Source: Phaeosaccion multiseriatum (Eukaryota > Protista > Ochrophyta, other classes). From it: 64,000 bases of DNA. A model generated the notes under the pieces. That model was not told where the DNA came from. It ran no database searches and worked only from the letters and a program-made list of their open reading frames with translations. Below, one piece after another: positions 47,404 to 57,850 of the stretch (within the stretch, counting starts at the first letter, position 1; the number at the start of each line of letters is the position of its first letter). Where the stretch lies: the NCBI GenBank assembly GCA_965112735.1, contig OZ218952.1, forward strand, positions 2,914,001 through 2,978,000, written 5' to 3'. The translations under genes were made by a program, and so were the position numbers.

Positions 47404-48888
47404 ATGAACAATGGCTGGTTTTGCTGCGCCCTGCTGTTGCTTGTGGCAGAGGCAGGGGCGTTTGCCTTCTCGCCCGCTTTGCAAATCACAGGCACAGGTA
47501 GGAGCAGTGTGAGAAGCTCGCGCTCGACCTCTCTGCGTATGACAGCTGCCGATGGGCCCTGGTCCCGAAGGCAGCTTCTGGAGAAAGGGACAAAAGCTGC
47601 GGGCTTCGCGGGGGCGGCCTTTGGGCTTCGATCAGTGGCCTTCCACGGAGCGATGTACGGTGGGTCCCCCGACTTGACGGGAAAGGTGAGGTTGACTCAA
47701 GGAAAAGCAAGGGTGTGGCTTGCGGTTGTTGAACGAGGCCTTGCATCCGTACCATACGCCCCCGCCCCTTTAGATTCTTCGAAACTCACGACGGCTGTGA
47801 TCACAGGAGCTGCTTGCGGTTGTTTGAACTGATCCGTATCGTACGCCCCTCCCTCTTTGCTTCTTGGAAACTCAGACAGCTGTGATTACAGGTGCAAACA
47901 CTGGGCTGGGGAAGTGTGCAGCGGAGCGTTTGGCAGGCCTGGGGGCAGATGTCGTCCTCGCGTGTCGGAGCCAAGAGAAGGCGGAGGCAGCCATTAAAGA
48001 CATCAAGGAAGCGGTTGGGCAGCAAGCCAAGGTGACCTTTCAATCTCTCGATCTCAACAGCTTGGCCTCAGTGGAGAAGTTTGCAAAGTCCTTCGAGAAG
48101 GAGGGTACGATTGACATACTCATGAACAATGCGGGCGTCATGGCCATCCCAACCAAAGAGATGACGGTCGACGGTCACGAGAAGCAGTTTGGCATCAACC
48201 ACCTCGGGCATTGTAAGTGTGTATTTCAACCCGCTACTGCTGTTGTTTGCGCTTTCTCTTTTGCTCCCAAGTAGTCGCTGTGGGTGACTCAAGGGATGTC
48301 TCACACTCGTTCCTGTACACCTCTTGTCCCACAGTTCACCTCACCAATCTGCTCCTGCCGAGCCTGAAGCGCTCCAACGAAGCTCGAGTGATCTCTGTGT
48401 CCAGCAGTGCCCACACCATCCCCGGCTCCCTGTCCAAGGAGCCCGTGAACTGGGAAGACCCCCAGATGGACGGCAAGTACGCGCCCTGGATATCATATGG
48501 ACAGTCCAAACTGGCAAACGTCCTCTTCACGCGAGAGCTGCACAGCCGTCTGGTCAGCAGCGGCAACGGGTCCATCACGGCCACATGCCTTCACCCCGGT
48601 GCATGCACCACCGAACTGGGGAGATATCTCTTTGACGCAGACAATATTTCTCCCTTGGCGTACCCACTGCTGCTCGGAGCCACCTACCTCACCAAGACTC
48701 CCCGGGCCGGGGCACAGACACAAATTAGACTCGCGGCAGACCCGCGGCTGACAGGGGAGGCAGCCGGTGGCAAGTACTTTGAAGAGTGCCACGAGAGTGT
48801 CACCTCTTCTCTCGCCAAGGACACTGCATTGGGCAAGGAGCTGTGGGCCCTCTCAGAGAAGCTCACCAAGAAGCCTTTCACCGTTTGA
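47404..48888 (+). CDS. Plastid-targeted short-chain dehydrogenase/reductase (retinol dehydrogenase/Tic32-like)
   Basis: Exons 47404-47685, 47876-48212, 48335-48888. Signal peptide AGA-FAF; TAVITGANTGLG, LACRS, IDILMNNAGVM, QFGINHLGHF, VSSSAH, YGQSKLANVLF, LHPG. Confidence 0.92.
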
Positions 48889-49280
48889 GTAGGGCCTTGC
48901 GGTAGAGATAGTGAGGGCGGTGAGGAAGGGTATTGAGGCGGCATCGGCTCGACCAAGTCGGTCCGATTCGATTCAATCGATGGAGCGAGGCTGGTTGGTC
49001 ACGGCACAAAACACGCACACAAACACACACATCATCATGATCACAAGGCGGCATTTTTGAGCTTCCCCCGTCGCCTTTCGTGCAGAGCGTAGTGCAAGAC
49101 TTTCCCCTCTCTCTCCCTCTCTCTCTCTCTCGCCCCAACTGAATTTATCAACATTCTCTTGTTCAAAGCATTTTCACATGTACGGTCTAAATGTCTCTGA
49201 GTGTGGTGGGATCGCAGCAACGAAGCTCCCCCCACCCGGAGCCCGTCCACAATCTCAATCTGTCTACAGTTGTACCTCCC

Positions 49281-50064
49281 TTATAGTTGTAACTCCCCAA
49301 GGTCTTCGTTGGGGTCTAATAATGGCGCCGCCTCCATCTCGTCAACAATACCCTCTCTCTCCTTCCTCTCCTTCTCCTCGGCCTCGTATTTTTGTCGTGC
49401 ACTGTCCAAAAACCCTCTGCAAAAGGATTGGGAAACATACACCACGGGCATCCACAAAAAAACAAGAAAGGCGGGGGAGGAGGGGGGAAATTGGAGATTG
49501 CAGAGGCAGCGAAAGGGCAAGAGCAGGGGGGGGGGGGATAAGGAGACGTCAGCGAAGGGTGGAGCAGACATGCGGGGGAAGGTGTTGTCACACCGAAACG
49601 GACACCAGAGCAGGAGCAAGGTATCAAGCACACTGACACACAAAGACACGGAAACGTGCTGTGAAAACATGGCGTGCACATGTTGTGAGCATGGCGTGAC
49701 AGTTGTGACTGGGACACAGACATCTCATGTGCTTGATTCAAGAGCATAGACTTGCGCGGTGATTGATTGAATATTCATGTTCAATGAATATTCTGTTCAA
49801 TGGCGCAGACCGGCAGACAGACAGACAGACAGGCGAGGCAGGCAGGCGAGGCAGGCAACGTAGAGTGAACGAGAACGTGGAGCGTGAGCATCACTTTTCT
49901 ACTCACGAGAAGAAGTCAGGCTCCTCTGGGTCGAGTGTCTCCTTCCACTCCTCCATCTGCTCCAATGCGTCAGGGAACTGCTTCAAGATGCCCCTTTTGA
50001 TCATCCATGGCACGTACTGGTGTTGGTGATACGGCCACGGGCATGGCAACGTCAGTCAACGAAA

Positions 50065-50110
<46 letters not shown>

Positions 50111-53100
50111 AGGGGAATTGGTTATAGGCCCAGGTCAACGAGAGCGAAGAAGGAACTGAAGTCAGCGAACATCAGAGAGGAGGGTAGGGGAGGGCAGCGG
50201 GGGAGGCCCTGGCTCTATGGCAAGTCAAAGCAAAGGTAAGAGGAAGGTGGGTGAGCGAAGGTGAGGAGAAGAGGGAGGGGAGGCAGCTCTTGGGCATAGT
50301 GACTACAGAAGGCACAGGGGGTCCAGTGATAGGCTACAGCTCTTGACAAGAGGCAAGAGACAAGCTGGGAATATTCAGCAGCAGCTGCTGCTACTGCTGC
50401 TGCTGCTGTTGGTGGTACTCCTGTTGCCTCGACCACTGCCTCACTGCCTCTGAGCCTCTTCACAGACGATTTGATTGTACCTGCTTGGGGGTAAATATAT
50501 AAACGTTCGCTTCGCAGGAGCGGTTGAGGTGGTGCGTGCGTGTGCGTGCGCGCGTGCGCTCAGGAGCTGCCTACCTCGAAAGAGACGAGGTTAAGCTCGT
50601 CATCCTTGTCGAAGTCCATCTCGTCGCCTCTCTCGTGGAGACCTTCAGCCTTGTACCCATCGTAGTACCACGACAGGTCATTCACAAGCGAGTGCTTAGG
50701 CTTCCAGCCTAGCAGACGCTTGGCCTGTGTCGGAGAGGAAAGAGGAGAGAGGCCGCCGAAGAAAGGCAAAGAATGAAACGAAAGCAAGGGGGGACGATGG
50801 AGTGTGTGTGAGACAGGGGGGGGGGGGGGGTGGCGGGAGGAGGAGGAGGTTCCCTCCCTGGTGAAGCTTGGCGGAGGCCAAAGGTGACGCCACACTTGCA
50901 CTCGGTACCACACACAAGCCCCTCTTTAGGTGGTGCTGTGGTACCGGGGCGTGGTGTGATACAATCAATGACATATCAGTCTCTCTTACCTTCTCGGGAT
51001 TGACGAAAAAGTGGTTGTTCCTGAACGGGAACCAGCCCTTGGGGAGTGTAAAGTCATCGGGGTCGTAATAGTTCATCTCGGGCACTTCCTTCCCCATGAC
51101 TTTAGCCACTTGCTTAACCAACCCGTTGTAGGAGATGTAACGGTCGGTGCCGCAGTTGAAGACCTGCCCGGGCGCCTTGTCGTTTCCAATGACGCTTGCC
51201 AACATGCTGGCGACGTCTTCGGCGTGGGTGATGCTCACCAATTGATCACCATGTAAGGGGATATTGTAGGGGTATACATCGTACTGGAGTCTGGGTGGTG
51301 ACGAAGGGAGGGAGGGAGGGAGGCACGAGAAGATCATGCATGCATTCATTCGTTCGTTCGTTCGCGAGTCCGTCAAAAGGGAAGGAAGGAGAAGGAGGCA
51401 GAGGGAAAAGATAGAGCGAGGGAGAGAGAGAGAGAGAGAGAGGGAGACGGTGATGAGAAAGCAGGTCCCACAAGAGGGGAAGAAGAGGCTTCAGACCAGG
51501 TCTGTTCCTTCAGCAGGAAGCACGCATTTCGACGAGTGTGGAACATTCTCTTGACTCCTTCCTGCTCCAAGTAGCAAGGCCTTAACAGGCAAGAGCGTCT
51601 CCCTCGCTAAACACACCTACAGCCCAACCCAACCCAACCCAACCAAGCTCAGCTCAGCCAAACCCATTCGTACCTATCAACAAAGTAGTCGAGGTATGCT
51701 CTCTTGTTGGTCTTGGGTCCGTAGATGTACTGCGGCCGAAAGGATGTCCAGGGTAGTCCCTCCTTCTCCGCAAGCATCTCCACTGTGCGCTGGCCTGTCT
51801 CCTTCACGGCGGATTCCTCTGTGAGAGGCACCTGTTTGGATCACCACATCACCACATCACCACATCACCACATCGCGGGAAAGAAAGAAGGAGGGAGGGA
51901 GGGCGGGAGGGAGGGAGGGAAAGTGCCAAGAAGGGGCACATGGGGGGGGGGATTGGGTAGTCAGAAGTGGAGGCGTAGAGGCACACGCAAGTATCACTGC
52001 TGCCGGTCTTTCGTGGCTTGTGTATCCCGAGCGGTCAGTTCGTCAGAGGTTTTGATGCATCATTAATGCATTCAGACTCGTGAAATTTATAGTTTGTTCA
52101 TCAACCCGCGGTAAGGTGCACACAGCTGGCAGTGGCGCAAATGTGGGGGAAAGAGGGGTGTGTTTGTGGAGGGTGACGCTTTGAGAGGGAAAGCTTCTGC
52201 TGCTGCCCTTGAGCCACGCATACAAGAAGGTGTCTCTCCCCTGCCATTGGGAAGTCAAGGCGAAGGGACAGCACCCTCTCTGCTTCTTCGGTTTCGGTCC
52301 TCACCTCATCGCTGTCCTTATACATGCCCCCCGATGAGACGTAGACATAGTTCGATACGCCCCATTTCTTGGCCGCATCCACCACATCCTGGACGGGGTA
52401 GGGATAGGAACGTAGGCAGGTAGATAGGTAGGAAGGTAGGTAAGTAGGTAGGGAGAAGGGAAAAAAAAGCGAAGGGCAAGAAGATGAGTACAGGGGGGGG
52501 GCGGCGCACTTAGGAGTGACGAGGAGCAAGATTGCACAACAACCAAAGCAGGACGCCAGAGTTCGCTTACCTGTGCGGTACTGACGTCTTTGGCGTAGTT
52601 GTCGAACACGTAGTCGAAGCTCTGCCCCTCCGGGATGAGCTTCCCCACGCCCTCGCCAAAGTCTCCCCACACCACCTTCACGCCCTTGCCCTCGAGGTCT
52701 CCGTACGATGCAAAGGGCTCCTTGGCCTTGTTCTTGCCGGCTCCGTCTTGCAGCAATACGACCTGCGCAAGTTGAGCAAAAGAGAGACAGGAAGAGCGTC
52801 AGCGTCAGTCCTTGCTTGGTTAGGGAGGAAGAAATGCGAGAAATGCTTCCTTCCGGCGGTCCTCGTTTCTATTCATGAGCCCCGTACCTCAATATCCTTG
52901 CCGACGAGGATGTTAGCGAGGTGGAAGCCAATCTCTCCATGGCCGCCTCCCTTGTTCTGCACGATGAGTGCCTTGCCTGCAGACATGTGCAAAGCCGCAC
53001 CTTTACTCATGCTACGGCTGCTGCTGCCACTCCTCGCGCCTAGCAGCGGCGTGGCAACTTGGAACCCCGAGCATGATGACATCAGGCATGATGCCACCAC

Positions 53101-53124
53101 CGCAACCACGGTATATACTCCCAT
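49281..53124 (-). CDS. CSP41a: Chloroplast stem-loop binding protein 41a (extended SDR fold), with probable spliced C-terminal extension
   Basis: Exons 53124-52888, 52762-52571, 52388-52305, 51831-51674, 51290-50990, 50724-50575, then either stop at 50560 or in-phase exons 50016-49907 and 49416-49281. LIVQNKGGGHGEIGFHLA (41a-type), VWGD, FDNYAKD, SSGGMY, FRPQYIYG, FPFRNNHFF; bipartite targeting CSG-FQV. Confidence 0.88.
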
Positions 53125-53270
53125 TCTTCTCCTAATTGTTGGAAGAGGCTGGGCCGAGGTCACGATTTTCAGTTTCCAGTTTCCGCTCTTTGACGTGTAA
53201 GGGAGCGCGAGCGAGATCGGCAAACGGAGCAAATCAAGAGAGATAGAGAGAAACAGAGAGAGAGGGGAAG

Positions 53271-54581
53271 ATGGTAAGTGCCGTGTCCGAAACTCTTCTC
53301 GCTGTTCGATACGCGTGATTGAGGTCCAAGATCTCCTTCTTCTCATTGTCGCTGCACACTGCCTCCCTTCTTCCTCCTCCTTGCCCTCCCTCCTCCCTCT
53401 CCGCCTCTTGCACAGCTTCCGCTTTCGCTGCTGAAGACGGCGCAGGGCCACCCTATGCTGGTAGAGCTAAAGAATGGGGACACGTACAACGGACGCTTAG
53501 AGGCATGTGACCACTGGATGAACATCAAACTTCGGGAGGTGATTTGGACCTCGAGGGTAAGCTTTGTGTCCAACACCGTTTAGCTGCTCCTGCTTGCTTT
53601 TGCTTCAGCAGCAGACATGTCGTGGGGTCTTGGGGAATGGACCGCTCGAGGGAAGGCTCTGGACCCAACCTTTCTGCTTGAAGAGAGGGACATACCCCTT
53701 TAACTGCGCTTTATATAGACATTGGGGGATGGGCTTGCTCGAGGCCAAGATCTGGACGTCTTCGTAGAGCCATAGAAGGGGCAGCCGCTGTGCCTGCTCC
53801 TTATTGGCAATTCTTTTCCCCTCCATGCCTCTAGCCTCAGCTTATGGTTGCTGTCTCTGCTCGCCCTCCCTCAATGCAATGCAGGACGGAGACCGCTTCT
53901 TTAAACTACCGGAGGTGTTCGTTCGTGGCAATAGTATCAAATACATGACAATTCCGGATGAAGTCATCGATTTGGTGTCGGAGGAGGAGCTAGCGAAGCG
54001 AGGTAGGTGGAAGGGCGACAAGTTCGGTGACATCTCCGTCCTCTGTCTTCCTTCCAACCCAAGCGAAAGCGAAGTGTGGGGCGTAGTCTACATCCTTCGT
54101 CCCACGTACACCGAACCACACACCAGCTCAAATCTGTTGGAGCTTTGTCGTTTGTCTCTGCCGATCAACGAGGCGTATCTCCATCTCTCTCTCTCTCTCA
54201 CACACACACACACCAATGCTGAATCCACTTGCCCATCACCTGCTTCCCTGACCCCTCCCGTCTCCTGGCTTCATCTCACACTCCCTTGGTGGTATTGTAC
54301 TCTTTCCGATGGCAGAACGGTCGAAAGGAGGGCGCGGAAGAGGAAGGGGAAGAGGAGGGCAGCTGGGGGAGCGCGGCGGCAGGGGGGGTGGAAGGGGGGG
54401 TGCTGGGAGGGGCGGTGGCAGAGGCGGGCGAGGGGGTGGCAGGGGGCGAGGCGAGGGGCGAGGGAGAGGTAGAGGAGGAGGGGGAGGAGAAGGCCGAGGA
54501 GGAGGAGGACGAGGAGGAGGAGGAGGAGGAGGAGGAGGAGGAGGAGGAGGAGGAGGAGGAGGAGGAGGGGGGGGGGGATAG
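53271..54581 (+). CDS. LSM4: U6 snRNA-associated Sm-like protein LSm4
   Basis: Exons 53271-53273 (ATG only), 53416-53556, 53885-54002, 54316-54581. [27 protein letters not shown]...WMNI.LREVI.TS.DGDRF...RGNSIKY..IPDEVID plus an RG/G-rich tail. Confidence 0.95.
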
Positions 54582-55017
54582 AGGGATAGAGGCAGGCAGG
54601 GTTGGGCTTTGGACGCCTTTCCCTCGGCATAATATATGCGACACACTTTCCTTCCCCCATGGTGTTGTGGTCTAGTGTATTGAGTGTAGTTACGCTGTCC
54701 TGCGGCGCGACTACATCTGTGCAAAGAGCCAGGAAGATAGCCAACTCATTCTCTCGTGGTTGGGGACCAAGGAAGAGGAGAAGGAGGGAGAAGGAGGGAG
54801 AGGAGAGGTACCCCCTCGCCATTTGCAAAATACAACCAACTGGCCGATTTGCCTCTCGGGATAATTTTTCGAAACTGTATCCGAGCACAGGAGTAGATAG
54901 GCAAAAAAGCATAGGAGAAAGAAGCGCCACCAAGGAAAAGAAAAGAAAAATTGCGAATGTGAAGAGAAGAGAGGTGTAGACAAGCGACAGAGGTGAAGAA
55001 AAACAAATAGCAGAAAG

Positions 55018-56394
55018 ATGAGGGGAAGCCAGAGCACGTCTGCGTTGCACGTGAAGAAGCCAGGCAACAAGAGCTCCAGACGTACTCCGGCGCTGTTTCG
55101 GAATAGAACCGCGCCAGGAGGACACTTGCTGCCGGTTTTGCAGCGTGAGGTGGGGGCGGTGAAGAAATGGGAGGCTCGACACCATACTGCCTTCGAGCTG
55201 CGAGACTTTACCAAGAAAGAGATTATGGGTATAACAGGAAAGGATTACAGAGGGAGAGGACTCGACATGGACACAAGCACGCAGGGTGGGGGAAAGAAGC
55301 TGCAGAACAAGCAGGTTTGTGAATTGTCAAAGAAAGCACAAGCCTGGCTGTCCGCTGGTCGTCGACAGCTCCTCTCACTCATGATCTCATCCGTAAGTAC
55401 ACCGACGGTTGATGCTTGTGTACTCGCTCTTCGTTTGCGGCAGGACTATGTGGACTATGCGAAAGCGCATTTGAAAAGCGAGGACCCCGTGGCTGAGGTT
55501 GAGTGGCATGGCCAGTCTCTGGGAGCCGCGACATCAACCTACACACTGCGTCTGTACGCTTCCTACTACGGGAGGAATCACTCCCCCCTTCTCATCGCAA
55601 CAGACGAGGAATCTGGTGAGGAGTTCTTCTGCTCACTCTCCCCGAGCAAGATTGCGGTAAGGAAGTTAGGGGAAGGGCCATGGCGGCATGGGAGGCATGG
55701 GAGGCAAAGGCCGGCGGAGAGGCCGTGGCCGGAGCCAAGGGCGAGCCTCCTTCGAACAGCTTTGCTTCCTCCGTTCCCCAATTCCCTTCCCTACGCCCCA
55801 TCGTACTCATTCGTCTGCTACCCACCCACCCATCCCCCCCCCCCCTCCGCCCCTCGACATGGCGCAGAGATGGCATCTGCCGCCTCTGCCAAGGGACCAG
55901 CAGAAGTGGTCTCAATGGAGCTCCACTTTCGCTCATCGCGTGCGCTTTTCTCCCATGAATGGGCGGCTGGAAGTGGCGTCAGAGGCTCTGGACCCAAGCA
56001 CAGGCCTGCCCGCCGCATTCACCCTCGCGCGTCTGTCCCGCAGAGATCGCTGCCTCGGTACCTCGTGGGAGAACCCCAGACTTGTCGAGCTCTCCGGAAA
56101 GAGAGTCAGTGACTTCTTCCGCTACTTCTGAATCTCGTGTTTCATTACTTTTAGCCCACACAAGTAGAGCACCGAATGGAGGCTCCCTCTCTTACGAATC
56201 TCGTTCTGACTGCAAGGAAGTGCTTCATTTCCATCCTCCTTGTAGGTAGGGTGCGTGGTGTGAAATTCAACTCGCCTCCGTCAACGACGAGCAGCAAACC
56301 CCCCCCCCAAAGGGTGCGTGTGTATGCACACTACCGAAGCTTCGCTCTGCAGAATACTGCACATAGCATGGCCTTGCACCACAGCCGTACATGA
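55018..56394 (+). CDS. Hypothetical protein
   Basis: Plausible exons 55018-55314, 55444-55656 and from 55868. 3' end uncertain (stop at 56131 unspliced, or 56394 via a further intron). No recognised domain. Confidence 0.45.
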
Positions 56395-56807
56395 CGTGCC
56401 AGTGACTGGCCTTGAGCGCCGTGGTCATCCCAAAGAGCACTGCAGGCGTGTACATGGTGTCCTTCGCTCCGCCCCTCCTAGCCCGTCGCTAAGCCGCCTC
56501 GCTGACTGGCCTCACTGAGGGGGCGCTTGGCTCAGGACAGTCTTCCAACTGCGGCCCTCTCGCGCGTCGCTACACTGGTATGCTTGAGGGGGGAGATGGC
56601 CCAACTGCGCCAGCACAAACAACAACCAGCGGGAGACCCACCCAAACGCAGTGGTGCAGCCGCCACAATCCGTAGATAGGCTGCAAGCCGTCCAAGATCG
56701 TAGTAAATGATATCCAGCGAGAAGTACAGCCAGCGAGGGCCACATGCGCAAAGACGAGGAAGAGAGGGGTGTGTGTCTAGGTCCAGCCCGACATTCCTCC
56801 TCGCCCC

Positions 56808-57630
56808 TCACTTCCAGTCCCACCAAACGAGAAGGGTGAACACCAACACCACTAGGCCCGTGTACATTGCACACCCTGTCTTCCGTCGTGCAGGTGAAGA
56901 AGATGGCTCCGCGGTTCTTACTGCCCACTGTGTACAGATGGCACAGTATCAGAAAGGACGGGGGGGGGGTGGTAGGAGAGGGCGTAAATCTACACGTCGA
57001 ATGCTCGGCGAATAGTTCAAGGAAAGCCAAACGAAACAGGACCGCGGGAGGCGTACAGCTTCGAGGAGAAGGGATAAGGTGTAATCCATCCACTTCAGGT
57101 TGCTCACACCACCCCACACGCACCGGAGTCAGCTTATAGTCCATGCTGCGGCCCAGGCTCGGTCCAGAGGGAGCCCCGTCGACCTTTCGCCTTCGAGGTT
57201 GGGCTGTTTCGGTGGGAGTTGTCTCTCTCGCTGTTTGCTGGAACATGTCCACGACCTCATCCCCTTCCTCGTCCGAGGAGCGGCGTGAAACTACTGGGGT
57301 GCCGCCATTCGCGTGCAGAGGGTGCTCTGGGTCTGCCCCTCTCTCCAGCAGGCAACGTACAATCTCCATGTTGCCACGAGCGACGGCACGGTCGAAGGCC
57401 GTTTGTCCAGCCATGTTTTCTCCGTCCACATCGGCTCCGGCCTGGATCAGCATCTCTACGATACTGACGCTTCCGCTATCAGCTGCCTCGATCAGAGCTG
57501 TGGTTCCTCCCTCCTGCCGATTGACTAGTAGCGCAAGCCCTAACCCACCCCGCCCGCGCTTCTGGTTCAGTATCTCTTGCACCTCCTTCTCGGCTCCCAT
57601 CCCGGCCGCCATGATCAGCATGTCGCTCAT
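56808..57630 (-). CDS. Ankyrin-repeat protein with probable C-terminal transmembrane tail anchor
   Basis: Exon 57630-57124 has GTTALIEAADSGSVSIVEMLIQAGADVD and GQTAFDRAVARGNMEIVRCLLERGADP. In-phase exon 56927-56808 ends YTGLVVLVFTLLVWWDWK-stop. Confidence 0.75.
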
Positions 57631-57850
57631 CTTAGGGGAGCAAATTGCCGAGATACTCAAACCCCGTGGTGGTGGAGAGGCCAACCTGGTCGGCACAGGA
57701 TCTTGCGTTCGGCAGTGGACCTTTCTCCTCCCTCCAAGTCCCCCTCTCTGTAATCTTGTGGGCGGGCGGTTGGATCTCGGTTGCCTCGATTTTACTTTTA
57801 CGTAGCCCTCCTCCCTTTCCCGTACACTCTCTCTTCCTTCCTCTCTCCTG

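Noticed and set aside
53271-53273. ATG-only first coding exon of LSm4
   Set aside because: Start-codon introns are common in conserved eukaryotic genes; not novel.
56512-56807. Continuation of the 394-aa ankyrin ORF as one exon
   Set aside because: Contains a clear donor, pyrimidine tract and acceptor; the spliced form ends in a TM segment and stop at 56808. Rejoining this frame would need an unusually short intron.
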